Origin: Verrucomicrobiales bacterium
GTDB taxonomy: Bacteria; Verrucomicrobiota; Verrucomicrobiia; Verrucomicrobiales; V1-33
DNA length: 64,000 bases
NCBI GenBank assembly: GCA_031411295.1
Contig: JANOAV010000044.1
Coordinates: forward strand, 10,472-74,471
Direction: 5' to 3'
The notes under the pieces were generated by a model. That model was given only the letters and a program-made list of their open reading frames with translations, did no database searches and had not been told where the DNA came from. Position 1 is the first letter of the stretch, and every line of letters starts with the position of its first letter. Positions 28,720 to 39,375 of this stretch are shown here, piece by piece. The translations under genes were made by a program, and so were the position numbers.

Positions 28720-31242
28720 TTATTGCTGCGCGGTTTTGGGTTTATCGACGGAGGCGGGGCGACGTTTCAGGAAGGCGTCCGATTCCACTATGGCTTGCAG
28801 CAGGCTGCCCGCATGGCCTTCATTTTGTTGCAGCCGTTGCAGGATCAGGTCCACCGTGGTCTCATCATGGAAATCCAGGCCGCGTCCCAGGGCATACGTT
28901 AGCAGCTTCTGGGTAACGCACCGTTCAAAGGATTCCCGATGATTACTAACCAGAATCTGCTTCAACTCCCGGGCCGAGGAGAACTGCTCCGTGGCGCTGA
29001 GTTGGCCTTGTGATTCAATGGGTTTGCCGCGTTCGAACTCCCGCCACTTGCCCATGGCATTGAAATTCTCCAAGGCCAGTCCGATGGGGTCCATGCGGTT
29101 ATGGCAGGAGGCGCACTTGGCGTCCGCCCGGTGCTTGGCTAAATTTTCCCGCAGGGTGCCTTCAATGCCTTTGCCGGCGGAGAAGTCTTCCAGCGGGGGC
29201 ACGTTGGCGGGCGGCGGCGGCGGGGGCGATCCCAGAATGTTATCGAGAATGAAGAGTCCACGTTTCACCGGAGAAGTGCGCGTGGGATTGGAGGTTACTG
29301 CCAGCACCGTGCCTTGCGTCAGCAGGCCTCCGCGGGGACTATCTGCGGCTAGGGTGACTCGGCGGATTTCGTCACCCTGAACCTCGGGGATGCCATAGTG
29401 GTCGGCCAGACGTTGATTAACGAAAGTATAGTCACTGGAAATCAATTCCGTTAGCGGGCGATCTTGCCGCAGCACATACTCAAAATATTTCTCCGTCTCC
29501 CGTCGCATATCCCGCCGCAGATCACCCCGGAATTCCTGATTCTTGAATCGGTCGAAGCGCTTCTTGAAAATCGCCCGCCCCCGCTCCAGGTCGTCTCTTT
29601 CCACCTGGGTTAGGGTGGCGGTGTCCTTCCGCCGCAGTTCGAAATAACGTTTCCGGGCCTCCTCCAATTCCGGATCCGGCGGCTGCTCGCGTTGCAGCAC
29701 AAAGCGCACATCGATCGGGACTTCCTCAATGTCTCGGGCCTCCAGCCACTGTCCCACGAAATTGCGAATGAAGGCTTGCGAGCGCTCATGCTTGAACAGT
29801 CGGGCAAATTGTTCCCCCAGCTGCGCCCGCAGTTTCTTCTCTCCTGCCAGACGAAGCAATTCCTCATCCGGCATGGTGCTCCAGAGAAAATAGGAAAGGC
29901 GCGAAGCCAGCGCATACTCATCAATATACGGGAATCCATTCGCAACTTCCGACTCTACGGGTTCCTCACGGAAAATGAAGCGAGGGGAGGCCAGCACCGC
30001 TTCCATGGCCCGGCCAATTCCGGCCTCGAAATTTTTGTCAGGCTGCGTATAGACGCTTTCCGCCAACCTTGCCAGCCGCACTGACGTGGGTTCGTCAGTT
30101 GGCCGTCGAAACGCGCGCGTGGCAAATTTTCCCAACATTTCCTGCGCCAACGCCAATCTGGCAGCGGGTTCGGACGGAATGGTCTGCGGGAACCACCGGT
30201 CATAGTTGGCGGGCTTGATCCAATGCTCCGGCTCCAGCGGTCCGGCCACCACCACCGCATCGATGCGCAGCCGCAGCTTGCGCGCCTGCTTTTCATTCGG
30301 CGTCAGCGGCTGAACCTCCAGCGTCAGCCGATGCTCTCCCGCGCTCCAAGTGGCGGGAAAATCATAACCGAATTCCCGGCCCGCCATCGTGCTCAGCTCA
30401 CGTTCTCCAACCTCGGTGCCGTCGAATTTGAAGATAACCTTGCACCGATTCCCGTCCGGCTCGCCTTCGACGAAATCCTCATGCCCGGAAAGTTTAAAAT
30501 TTACCGTATAGTGCCCGTCATGCTTCACCTGAGTCTTGGCTGTGGTCACTGCGGCTTGGTTGTAACTCAGCATCGGGAGCGGCTCATGCGGCTCCTCCCG
30601 GAAAAAGCTCTCCCCCTTGACGGTGAATTCCGGCATGCTCTTGCCTTGAATGGGAACGGCCTTCGCTACGATCGTCTTGGCCGCCGCGAGATATTTTTCC
30701 AGCAGCATCGGGGAAATGTTGAGCACTTCACCGATATTATCGAAGCCATGGCCGGTATCATCGGCCGGAAACTCCTCGTCCGTGCGAAATTCCACATCCA
30801 AGAGATCCCGAATGGTGTTGCGATACTCCACCCGATTCAACCGCCGCAAGGTAACCCGTCCTGGATCGGGCGACTGAGGATTCAACTGAAAGACGTCACG
30901 CTTAATGAAGGCAGCCAACGCGGTGCGTTCCGCCGGAGTCGGTTGCTCCTTGTCTGGCGGAGGCATCAAGCCGTCCCGCACGTTCTTCAGCGCCCGATAC
31001 CAAAGGTCCTTTTCCCCGATCAGGGCTTCATCCGAGGCAAAACTATCGAAACTCACCCCGCCCTTCTTGGCTCCGTCCGCGTGACAGTCGAAACACTTCG
31101 CTTTCAGCACCGGCAGGATATCTCCACGATAAGCCGCCACCGAGGCGGCATCCTCGGCCGTAGCCGAAGCGCTAAGCGCGAATGAAAAAGCTCCAGCCCA
31201 CCAAAGGCTGAGGCATTGATGAGTGGGGAGGAATCTCAACAT
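28720..31242 (-). CDS. DUF1587/1595/1592/1588/1585 protein with planctomycete cytochrome c motifs
   Basis: CFDCH, RRLNRVEYRNTIRDL, LASRLSYFLWSTMPD, RTSPVKRG and CASCHNRMDPIG motifs. Confidence 0.92.
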   Translation of the reverse strand: MLRFLPTHQCLSLWWAGAFSFALSASATAEDAASVAAYRGDILPVLKAKCFDCHADGAKKGGVSFDSFASDEALIGEKDLWYRALKNVRDGLMPPPDKEQPTPAERTALAAFIKRDVFQLNPQSPDPGRVTLRRLNRVEYRNTIRDLLDVEFRTDEEFPADDTGHGFDNIGEVLNISPMLLEKYLAAAKTIVAKAVPIQGKSMPEFTVKGESFFREEPHEPLPMLSYNQAAVTTAKTQVKHDGHYTVNFKLSGHEDFVEGEPDGNRCKVIFKFDGTEVGERELSTMAGREFGYDFPATWSAGEHRLTLEVQPLTPNEKQARKLRLRIDAVVVAGPLEPEHWIKPANYDRWFPQTIPSEPAARLALAQEMLGKFATRAFRRPTDEPTSVRLARLAESVYTQPDKNFEAGIGRAMEAVLASPRFIFREEPVESEVANGFPYIDEYALASRLSYFLWSTMPDEELLRLAGEKKLRAQLGEQFARLFKHERSQAFIRNFVGQWLEARDIEEVPIDVRFVLQREQPPDPELEEARKRYFELRRKDTATLTQVERDDLERGRAIFKKRFDRFKNQEFRGDLRRDMRRETEKYFEYVLRQDRPLTELISSDYTFVNQRLADHYGIPEVQGDEIRRVTLAADSPRGGLLTQGTVLAVTSNPTRTSPVKRGLFILDNILGSPPPPPPANVPPLEDFSAGKGIEGTLRENLAKHRADAKCASCHNRMDPIGLALENFNAMGKWREFERGKPIESQGQLSATEQFSSARELKQILVSNHRESFERCVTQKLLTYALGRGLDFHDETTVDLILQRLQQNEGHAGSLLQAIVESDAFLKRRPASVDKPKTAQQ

Positions 31243-31400
31243 GGGTGAGACAAGCTGTAACGGCTCGCCCCCGGGAGCAAATTAAAACCCTCAGTCATGC
31301 CCAAAGGCGTATGCACGCCCCGGGATGGGTGCTCGCACCAAGCTCGGCTTGTCGGAGACGGCTAAATTTCAAAAAAATCACCCGCTAGGTTAAAATTTAG

Positions 31401-31428
31401 TTGAAATTAATAAATTAAACCATAGAAT
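31401..31428 (+). promoter_or_regulatory. Putative sigma70 promoter
   Basis: TTGAAA-N16-TAGAAT in an AT-rich intergenic region. Confidence 0.5.
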
Positions 31429-31539
31429 CCATAATCAGAACAATTATTGAGAGAAATGAAATCCAACTTATTCCGTCAGCCGCTCAATTTCCCAAACTCC
31501 CGCGCTACGCGTGAAGTCATCCGTCCACTTGCTACTACC

Positions 31540-32040
31540 ATGATCTACACCGACTCGCAAAAGAATGTCTTCACCGTCAGTAAAGTGGACTCCGCTGCCC
31601 CGCCAAATTATCAGGGAGACGTGCGTTTCGAGGTGGATGTGACACTGGGAGCAGAAGGACAACTAATTTTCGTCGGACTGTTGGAAACGGCAGCCCTCTC
31701 AATTCGGGAAAACAGCCCCGGAATCGGCATTTCCCTGGACCCCTGCACGGGAGCCATCACCGATGTCGTCAACGACCAAGGCATCATCGGCTACCTGGAA
31801 GATGAAGATTTGCATCCTGGCCGCCAACTCACTGTGCAAATCGAAATCGAAGTGCTGAACGAGGTCTGCATCCCACGCATCACCATCAGCGGAGAGCAAT
31901 TCCTGCACCCCGCCCTGCTCATGGGCCACCCGAGCCAACTCACCGCCCTCGTGGGATCCGCCGTCATGGGCACCTCCAGAGCGCTCTTCGGCCGCAGTCA
32001 ATTGCAAGTCAATCAACGCTCCCAAGGCCTGCCCGCCTAA
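31540..32040 (+). CDS. Hypothetical protein (beta-rich)
   Basis: Open frame 31447-32040 with coding-like codon usage from ATG 31540. Confidence 0.6.
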   Translation: MIYTDSQKNVFTVSKVDSAAPPNYQGDVRFEVDVTLGAEGQLIFVGLLETAALSIRENSPGIGISLDPCTGAITDVVNDQGIIGYLEDEDLHPGRQLTVQIEIEVLNEVCIPRITISGEQFLHPALLMGHPSQLTALVGSAVMGTSRALFGRSQLQVNQRSQGLPA

Positions 32041-32118
32041 CAGGTCGAATCGCAATTAGACCTGGCCCTGGGCCGCGACGTTGCTTCCTTTAGCTGCCTG
32101 CTTTGCGCCATGCCCGCA

Positions 32119-33456
32119 TTACTGCAACCAGCTCCAAGCCAGCGCAGCAACGCATGCTAGGATTAGTGCAATACTGATCCAGCCAGCGGCTCGAACCCAG
32201 CGTGGCGAGCGTGCGGAGCCCATGATAGAGGCGTCGTTTCCCAGTAATTGCAGGGCGATCACATGCAGCGGCAGCAGCACGGCATTCACCACTTGGCTGC
32301 TGTAGATGAGCGGAATCAACGGCAGGCTGGGGAGGGATACCACACTCACGGCAGCGATGGTCAGGCCTATGAAGGCTGCGTAAAACCATTGGAAGTGATG
32401 CGAATCCAAGTCCAGTGAAGCAGGTTCCCCCACGCCTTCGGCAATGGAATAGGCAGTGGCAATCGGGACGATGGCAGCAGCTAGTAAGGAGGCACCTAGC
32501 AGACCCACACCGAAGAGCACGGTGGCAAACTTTCCCGCCAACGGGCGCAGCGCCACGGCCGCGTCCCCTGCATCCGTGATGTGGATGCCGGCTCTGTTCA
32601 AGGTGGCCGCGCAAGCCACGGCAATGGCCAACCCGATGACTCCGGTTAGGATGGAACCGATCACCACGTCCGCTCGCGCCCAGCGCAAAGTTGCTAGAGA
32701 GATCTTCTTATCCACCGCATACGATTGGATGAACGCCAGTCCCCACGGAGCCAGCGTCGTGCCCAGCGCGGCTGCGATGGCGATCCAGCCCGCGGCATTG
32801 CTGGGGAAATGAGGCACGACCGAATGGTGCCAGACCGCGTTCCAATCGGGGTCTGCCAGCAAGCCGTCCACAATATACAAGGCCAGGGTGGCCGAAATCA
32901 CCAGCAGCACTCGCTCGACGCGATGAAACGAGCCGAGCACGACTACCAGGGAAATCAAGACTCCCGCCACGGGCGCACTAATCCACGAGGGAATCCCGAT
33001 CAAGCCGCCTGCCGCCGAGATTCCGGCATACTCCGCGCAGATGGTCCCGAAGTTTGCCAGCAGTAGTCCGCCCACGGCAAAGTAACCCGCCTTGCGTCCC
33101 CAACGCTCCCGAATTAGGCCTACGAATCCTTTGCCGGTGGCTGCGCCCAGCCGCACCGCCAGAAGATGGAATTGCACTAATAGGATGGTTGAGGCTGGAA
33201 TGATCCACAGCAGTTTATAGCCAAAATCCGCTCCCAACACCGAGTAAGTCGTGATGCCCGCCGGGTCATCATCGGACAGTCCCGCCAACAACCCCGGCCC
33301 CAGCACCGCTAGGAATGCCACCCAAGCGCCACGACCGGACTGCAATAGTTGCGCAAAGCGCAATCCAATGCCTCGATGGTGATGTGCCACGGCGTGCGGG
33401 GGCGCGGCTTGCTTTTGCCGCACGTGATGGGTCGCACGGTGCCAAGCTTTAAACAT
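32119..33456 (-). CDS. NRAMP-superfamily divalent metal transporter (NRMT/Mg2+-type motif)
   Basis: LGPGLLAGLSDDDPAGITTYS...GADFGY, RLGAATGKG and GTTLAPW motifs; about 11 TMs; start set at MFKAW. Confidence 0.85.
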   Translation of the reverse strand: MFKAWHRATHHVRQKQAAPPHAVAHHHRGIGLRFAQLLQSGRGAWVAFLAVLGPGLLAGLSDDDPAGITTYSVLGADFGYKLLWIIPASTILLVQFHLLAVRLGAATGKGFVGLIRERWGRKAGYFAVGGLLLANFGTICAEYAGISAAGGLIGIPSWISAPVAGVLISLVVVLGSFHRVERVLLVISATLALYIVDGLLADPDWNAVWHHSVVPHFPSNAAGWIAIAAALGTTLAPWGLAFIQSYAVDKKISLATLRWARADVVIGSILTGVIGLAIAVACAATLNRAGIHITDAGDAAVALRPLAGKFATVLFGVGLLGASLLAAAIVPIATAYSIAEGVGEPASLDLDSHHFQWFYAAFIGLTIAAVSVVSLPSLPLIPLIYSSQVVNAVLLPLHVIALQLLGNDASIMGSARSPRWVRAAGWISIALILACVAALAWSWLQ

Positions 33457-33648
33457 TGGGGCGGTCCTCTCGATCAGTTGTTGGTGAATTCGCAATCGCT
33501 TCCATGAGAGCAGAACGTCGAACCGAAATACCGACATGCAAGTCCCATAGGTTGATGAAGTTTCAAGCCAGGCCTGGCCGCTACTTTTGCGAGGAAGATC
33601 CACCTGCTCGCGTGCGTGCATTTCGCGATTTATGAAATACGCTCTGCC

Positions 33649-35346
33649 ATGCTTTCACGTTGGTTATCGATTTTGGTGCTGCCGCTCTCGCTTTCAGCGG
33701 GGGTGGTTGTTTTGCCGGAACGTAGGGCGGAGGCTCGGACGGGGGCAGCGGTGGCGGAGGCCGTCTCGGGCATGAATTTAAATGATCGTGAGGATTTATT
33801 GGTGCGGGAGATTTCCCAGGGAAATGTGCCTAACTGGTGGCGGAAATTTGTGCCAGTGACGGTGCATTTGGAAATTGATGGCACGCCGCAGACGCTGGTT
33901 TATGAAGTTTCCCCAGACGTGGTCATGGTGGGTGATGATGTCGATGCCATGCGAGTTCCATTATCTCCGGTGGCCGCCCAGACGTTGGCAGGTTCATTGG
34001 ATTGCCTTCTGCCAACCTCGCAAATGTCCGCGCAGATCTATGCGGCTGCGGAAGTGAAATTAACGCCCCATCCGCTGACTCCCGGACCTGACATGACGGG
34101 CTTCGCCAAGTTTTTGGCGCACGAAAAGATCGTCGATTCCCAACGCGCTGAAAACCCCGCTCTGCCCGGAACCCTGGTGGCTGGACACAAAAAGGATGTG
34201 GTCGTAAGCGCCAAGCTCTGTGAAGCCACGGGAAAAGTTGCGATATTCGGTTGGCACAAGACTTCAGCGCAACCGATTCAGCCGCTTTATCTCGGTCACA
34301 CCGAGAACTGGGTGGACTACAGTCATGGGGTGCGGCTGGTAAGACGGCAAATGCAACTGAATGGGAAGTCTGTCTTCATGGAGGATCTGTTGGCTGATGC
34401 TAAACTGAGCAAGCTCTTGGGCGCTGAAGGCCCGCTGTTGAATCCGCGTTATGACACGGATCGGACCACGACGATGAAGCTGGACCCTGGCGTGCGCGTG
34501 GTCATCAAGGCTCCATTTGCTTGGGTGAAAACTGAGCCGGTGCGCTTGGTCATCTATGCCACGCCAAATGGAAGCACGGCGGAACAAACGATTGGGCGCA
34601 TCGTAGCTTCCGGTGGGGACTGGCATTACCAGATTCAGAACATCGGAGCGCAAACCCATTGGTTGCGCGACCATGCCAACTTAAGGAATCTGGTGGTGGC
34701 TTACCTCGAGCCGGAAGGGAAATCCTGGTCTGCCTGGCGGAAGAAATTTGATGCCCAAAACCAGCTGATTCCTCGCCTTATCGAGGCGATTTCGCAGCAA
34801 TTCAAAGGTCAGGACGTGCGGCTCACACTGACCGGCCACAGTGGTGGGGGAAGTTTTATTTTCGGTTACTTCAATGCCGTGTCGGAGATTCCAGCCGCCA
34901 TCGAACGGATTGCTTTTCTGGATAGCAATTATAATTGGGAAACCGAACGTCACGTCGTCAAGTTCAGCAATTGGCTCAAAGGTTCCCCTGAGCACCGACT
35001 TTGCGTCCTCGCTTACGAAGATTGCGTGGCGCTGCTCAATGGAAAGACGTTTGTCAGTGAATCCGGCGGCACCTGGGGCCGCAGTCTGCAGATGCTTCAG
35101 GATCTGGGCAAATCGTTTCCATTGGAGCGGAAGGAGGATGATGATTTCATCCGTGCCAACTCCGCCGCTGGCCAGATTCAGTTTCTCCTGCGCAAGAATC
35201 CTGCAAAGAAAGTCCTCCATTCTGTGCTGGTGGAGCGCAACGGCTTCATCCAAGGGATCATCGGAGGAACGAATTCCGAGGGACAGGGGTATGAGTATTT
35301 CGGTCCACGGGCGTATGCTCCCGGTCTGCCGCAGTCCCCCCAGTAG
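33649..35346 (+). CDS. Secreted two-domain protein: uncharacterised N-domain + alpha/beta-hydrolase-like C-domain
   Basis: Signal peptide; GHKKD, VAIFGWH and DYSHGVRLV motifs; nucleophile elbow GHSGGG; IAFLDS. Confidence 0.7.
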   Translation: MLSRWLSILVLPLSLSAGVVVLPERRAEARTGAAVAEAVSGMNLNDREDLLVREISQGNVPNWWRKFVPVTVHLEIDGTPQTLVYEVSPDVVMVGDDVDAMRVPLSPVAAQTLAGSLDCLLPTSQMSAQIYAAAEVKLTPHPLTPGPDMTGFAKFLAHEKIVDSQRAENPALPGTLVAGHKKDVVVSAKLCEATGKVAIFGWHKTSAQPIQPLYLGHTENWVDYSHGVRLVRRQMQLNGKSVFMEDLLADAKLSKLLGAEGPLLNPRYDTDRTTTMKLDPGVRVVIKAPFAWVKTEPVRLVIYATPNGSTAEQTIGRIVASGGDWHYQIQNIGAQTHWLRDHANLRNLVVAYLEPEGKSWSAWRKKFDAQNQLIPRLIEAISQQFKGQDVRLTLTGHSGGGSFIFGYFNAVSEIPAAIERIAFLDSNYNWETERHVVKFSNWLKGSPEHRLCVLAYEDCVALLNGKTFVSESGGTWGRSLQMLQDLGKSFPLERKEDDDFIRANSAAGQIQFLLRKNPAKKVLHSVLVERNGFIQGIIGGTNSEGQGYEYFGPRAYAPGLPQSPQ

Positions 35347-35463
35347 CGGCCACGAGCCCGAGGATGATCAGACAAGATCCCAGTCGGCTCACGTGATGGG
35401 TTGACGCGTGGACAATTCGCGGAGAGAGAAGCTAATAAAATCCATCTCCCATCCGCCCCTTCC

Positions 35464-36240
35464 ATGCTTACCATCGCAGATCGCCAATTCTCTTCCCGAC
35501 TTTTCCTCGGAACGGGTAAATTTTCCTCACCCGCCACCATGCGCGATGCGCTGGATGCCTCCGGCACTCAGATCGTGACGGTAGCATTGCGGCGGGCGGA
35601 TCTCACGGGTCAGCAGGATCCGTTTGCGAACATCCTGGAGTTTATCGATCCAAAGAAATACTTGCTCCTGCCCAACACCAGCGGAGCCAACACCGCTGAA
35701 GAAGCCGTGCGCCTGGCCCGCTTGGCGGAGGCCGCAGGGTTGCCCAAGTGGGTGAAATTGGAAATTCACCCAGATCCAAAATATTTGCTACCCGATCCTA
35801 TCGAGACGCTGAAGGCGGCGGAGATCTTGGTGAAAGAAGGTTTCGTGGTCCTGCCGTATATCAACGCTGACCCCGTGCTGGCCAAACGGCTCCAAGACGT
35901 GGGCACGGCCACCGTGATGCCTCTGGGGGCTCCCATCGGTTCCAATCGGGGACTGGAAACGCGCCGACAGTTGGAAATTATCATCGAGCAAGCAATCGTG
36001 CCCGTAGTGGTGGATGCCGGAATCGGTGCGCCCAGCCACGCTGCCGAAGCCTTGGAAATGGGGGCTGATGCCGTGTTGGTAAATACCGCCATTGCCATTT
36101 CCCACGATCCCTGTCAGATGGCGCGGGCTTTCAAGATGGCGGTGGAGGCTGGACGAATGGCGTTTGATTTAGGATTGCCGCGGGCGTCCGGCCAGGCCTC
36201 AGCGACAAGCCCGCTGGGGGCTTTCCTAGATAGTTTATAA
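35464..36240 (+). CDS. thiG: Thiazole synthase
   Basis: [37 protein letters not shown] and [12 protein letters not shown] motifs. Confidence 0.96.
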   Translation: MLTIADRQFSSRLFLGTGKFSSPATMRDALDASGTQIVTVALRRADLTGQQDPFANILEFIDPKKYLLLPNTSGANTAEEAVRLARLAEAAGLPKWVKLEIHPDPKYLLPDPIETLKAAEILVKEGFVVLPYINADPVLAKRLQDVGTATVMPLGAPIGSNRGLETRRQLEIIIEQAIVPVVVDAGIGAPSHAAEALEMGADAVLVNTAIAISHDPCQMARAFKMAVEAGRMAFDLGLPRASGQASATSPLGAFLDSL

Positions 36241-36301
36241 GTTCCAACCACCGGATTCCGCTGGGCCGCGCTAATTCGCCTGTTTTGAGCCGTTTCCGCA
36301 A

Positions 36302-36329
36302 TTGACGAGCACCCGCCTCAGCCTACGTT
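36302..36329 (+). promoter_or_regulatory. Putative sigma70 promoter of sucC
   Basis: TTGACG-N16-TACGTT, ending 37 bp before the ATG. Confidence 0.45.
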
Positions 36330-36366
36330 CCGCGCAGCTAACCCCTCAAATTTTTACTTCCATCTC

Positions 36367-37554
36367 ATGAATATCCACGAATACCAAGCCAAAGAACTGT
36401 TCCTCAAATACGGCGTGCCCACCCCGGCCGGCAGCGTCGCCTCCACCAAGGCAGAAGCTGCTGCTGCCGCCACTGCCTTGGGCGGAGAGGGATTGGTAGT
36501 GAAGGCACAAGTCCACGCTGGCGGACGCGGCAAAGGAACCTTTAAGAACGGGTTCAAGGGCGGCGTGCAACTTGCCGACACAGTGGCGCAAGCAGCTGAT
36601 TTTGCTGAGAAAATGCTCGGCCAAGTCCTCGTGACCCACCAAACTGGTCCGGAAGGCAAGCTCGTCAGCAAAGTGCTTATCGCGAAGGGCATCGATATCA
36701 AGAAGGAATACTATCTCGCCATCCTCATGGATCGGGCCACGGAGCGCCCGGTCATCGTCATCAGCAGCGAAGGCGGAATGAACATCGAAGAAGTGGCCGA
36801 ACACACCCCTGAAAAGATCATCAACGAGCCCGTGAATCCTGCGCTCGGTCTGCAATCCTACCAATGCAAAAAACTGGCCAAGCTCGTGGGTCTGGGTTCC
36901 GACAAGCTGCGCTCCTTTGAAAAAGTCCTCACTTCGCTCTACAAATTATTCATCGCTTGCGATTGCTCCATGGTGGAAATTAATCCATTAGTCGAGACGC
37001 CCGCCGGAGAGATCCTGGCGCTGGATGCCAAGTTTAACTTCGACGACAACGCCCTCTATCGTCATCCCGAGATTTCCGCCATGCGTGACATCACCGAAGA
37101 GGATCCGCGCGAAGTGGAAGCATCTAAATTCGATCTCAATTACATCGGGCTGGATGGAAACATCGCCTGCATGGTGAATGGAGCCGGGTTGGCCATGGCC
37201 ACTATGGACATCATCAAACATTGCGGTGGTGATCCCGCCAATTTCCTCGACGTGGGTGGTGGCGCGAAGGAAGATCAGGTGCGCGAAGCATTCCGTATCC
37301 TCTGTGCCGACCCTAAAGTGGAGGCCATTCTGGTAAATATCTTTGGTGGTATCATGAAGTGCGACGTCATCGCCCAAGGGATCATTAACGCAGCCAAGAC
37401 TATCGAACTCCGCGTCCCGCTCGTCGTCCGACTCGAAGGAACGAACGTCGCGTTAGGCCGACAATTGCTGCAGGACAGTGGTTTGCCGATCATCACTGCC
37501 ACCGACTTGGCCGACGCTGCCGCCAAGGCAGTGCAGGCAGCCAAGGCGGCATAG
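36367..37554 (+). CDS. sucC: Succinyl-CoA synthetase beta subunit
   Basis: [35 protein letters not shown] and NFLDVGGGA motifs. Confidence 0.97.
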   Translation: MNIHEYQAKELFLKYGVPTPAGSVASTKAEAAAAATALGGEGLVVKAQVHAGGRGKGTFKNGFKGGVQLADTVAQAADFAEKMLGQVLVTHQTGPEGKLVSKVLIAKGIDIKKEYYLAILMDRATERPVIVISSEGGMNIEEVAEHTPEKIINEPVNPALGLQSYQCKKLAKLVGLGSDKLRSFEKVLTSLYKLFIACDCSMVEINPLVETPAGEILALDAKFNFDDNALYRHPEISAMRDITEEDPREVEASKFDLNYIGLDGNIACMVNGAGLAMATMDIIKHCGGDPANFLDVGGGAKEDQVREAFRILCADPKVEAILVNIFGGIMKCDVIAQGIINAAKTIELRVPLVVRLEGTNVALGRQLLQDSGLPIITATDLADAAAKAVQAAKAA

Positions 37555-37628
37555 TCCGCTAAAGCACCTTCCTGAATTTGCCGCCAAGCAAAGATCCCGT
37601 AACGGGCTCTCAGCTTGGCGGCTTCATT

Positions 37629-39128
37629 TCAGGGGTGGAGTTTACGCTGCCAAATCGCCTGCCAAGCGGCAAACTCAGACGGTCGAATCCGCAAGCGGGC
37701 GTAGTTTCCTTCGTGCAGTGCTAGCAGATCATTTTCCGCCATTTCGGTCGCACGGGCACGGTCCACCGCGGCCACCTGATCCATCGCCCAGCGACGCACA
37801 TGCTGCGCGGCCAATGCCTTGTCCATATGGCCCAGCACGATTTCCCGCACCACTTGCTTCAAGGCTTCGTGATACTGGAGTCCGACCGGATCCGGCTGGG
37901 TGGTGGTCTGACACACTGCGGCATATTTCGCTGCGGAAATGCGATAGGCTTTTGCGAATACCTCCCGCAGCAATTCAATCCGATTCAGCTCATAGACTGC
38001 AAGGATGGCATCCGTGTAGTCTCGCACAGGCACGCCAGTGAAAGAGATGGGAGCCAAGTTCTCACGAATCAAGGGCAAGTTAGCAGCCACCCGCGAAACC
38101 CGTTTGTTGACGTCATCGAACGCTTGCAGGTAGGGGAAATGAACCATGGCGAAGAACGCCTGCTCCAGCGGATCATTGATCGCTTGGGCCTTTTCCAATA
38201 TTTCCATGAAGCATTCCTCGATCACCTGCGGCACCTCTAACGGATGGTAGGATGATCCGCCAATACCCACCGCAATTTTACGCAGCCGACCTTCCGCCAT
38301 CTGATCGTGCATCAAGCCTCGGGCCAGCATGGCATGGAGATTCAAAATGGTGTAGCGATTAAATCCCACATCATCCTGGGCCTCAATGAGGAACTCGATG
38401 GCTTCTTTGTGATTGAGAATCATCCGCGCTTCCAGATAGCGCGAAGGATCTGCCTCTCGCCCCATTTCGAGGAGTCGCTCTGTTTCCAGCAGTGAGTAGG
38501 TATTACCCTCCAAGCGACTGGAGTTCCAAGACAGATCTATCAGAACGCGTTGAAAAACGTTCTTCACGTAGGTCCCTGCCGGCAGCTGTGCCATCTGGTC
38601 TGACTGGCCAGCCAAGCGGAGTTCATCCCGCAGGGCTGCTGGCAGGTAATAGGTTACATTGGGTTGATACGAACGAAGAAATTCCCGTTGATAGCCTACG
38701 GGGGGCCGCTGATTCAACGGCCGTCGAATCAAGGCGCGGAGGTGCTCGATTTCCTCTTCGTTTTCAGCCAGCACATCCCCGCCCGCTGTTTCACGGAGCA
38801 CGCTGGTGAAATTTCCCCACTCAGCAGATGGGCTACATGGGGGTATGCGCGGATTGTTGACTGGTGGTGCCGGCGTAATTCCCCCAAACTCTTGCCGTCC
38901 TTGCGAGGTTAGGTAATAGCGCGTGGCCCGCGCTTTCCCGACTCGTTCTAACCAGCCAGCTCGATGGAATTCATCGAGTCTCCGCAGGATTGTGGCCCGG
39001 GAAATTTTCACACCGCTGAGGCGGATGAGTTCCTCAATTCCCAACGTGACTTGGGCTTGGAGTAGTGCAGATATGATTCGATTCGATTCAATATCAAGAT
39101 GATTTGACGGGATATTCTGTGTTTTCAT
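37629..39128 (-). CDS. Fic-domain protein with N-terminal winged HTH
   Basis: SWNSSRLEGNTYS and variant Fic motif YLQAFDDVNKRVSR. Confidence 0.9.
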   Translation of the reverse strand: MKTQNIPSNHLDIESNRIISALLQAQVTLGIEELIRLSGVKISRATILRRLDEFHRAGWLERVGKARATRYYLTSQGRQEFGGITPAPPVNNPRIPPCSPSAEWGNFTSVLRETAGGDVLAENEEEIEHLRALIRRPLNQRPPVGYQREFLRSYQPNVTYYLPAALRDELRLAGQSDQMAQLPAGTYVKNVFQRVLIDLSWNSSRLEGNTYSLLETERLLEMGREADPSRYLEARMILNHKEAIEFLIEAQDDVGFNRYTILNLHAMLARGLMHDQMAEGRLRKIAVGIGGSSYHPLEVPQVIEECFMEILEKAQAINDPLEQAFFAMVHFPYLQAFDDVNKRVSRVAANLPLIRENLAPISFTGVPVRDYTDAILAVYELNRIELLREVFAKAYRISAAKYAAVCQTTTQPDPVGLQYHEALKQVVREIVLGHMDKALAAQHVRRWAMDQVAAVDRARATEMAENDLLALHEGNYARLRIRPSEFAAWQAIWQRKLHP

Positions 39129-39375
39129 TCCTCAATGTCTCACAGCTGATTTGATTTGCAACTTAATTCGCTCCGGAAAGCATTGTTATGACCGGATTTG
39201 ACTCTATTAAGCCTTTCAGTTAAGGCGTTTTGTCGATTATTGCGTCACATCGCGTCATCACGGGGATGCCAGGATGGTTGCTGCGTTTTGGGTATTTGCA
39301 ATTTGAGTGCGCCTGATGGATGAACTCTTTCGGTTTTCCATGTAAGAACTGGCCGCGGGATTCGTATCCTCGGCA

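Noticed and set aside
27344..31242. DUF1552/DUF1592 pair as a novel system
   Set aside because: Function is unknown, but it is a well-documented, highly repeated module in PVC bacteria and myxobacteria; nothing unusual in this copy.
33457..33648. Possible M-box or yybP-ykoY riboswitch upstream of the NRAMP-like transporter
   Set aside because: The reverse-complement leader shows none of the conserved blocks I know for these riboswitches; an Rfam cmscan would be decisive.
35347..35463. Possible TPP riboswitch upstream of thiG
   Set aside because: No GCTGAGA or CCTGA...GCG.AGG core, and the region is short.
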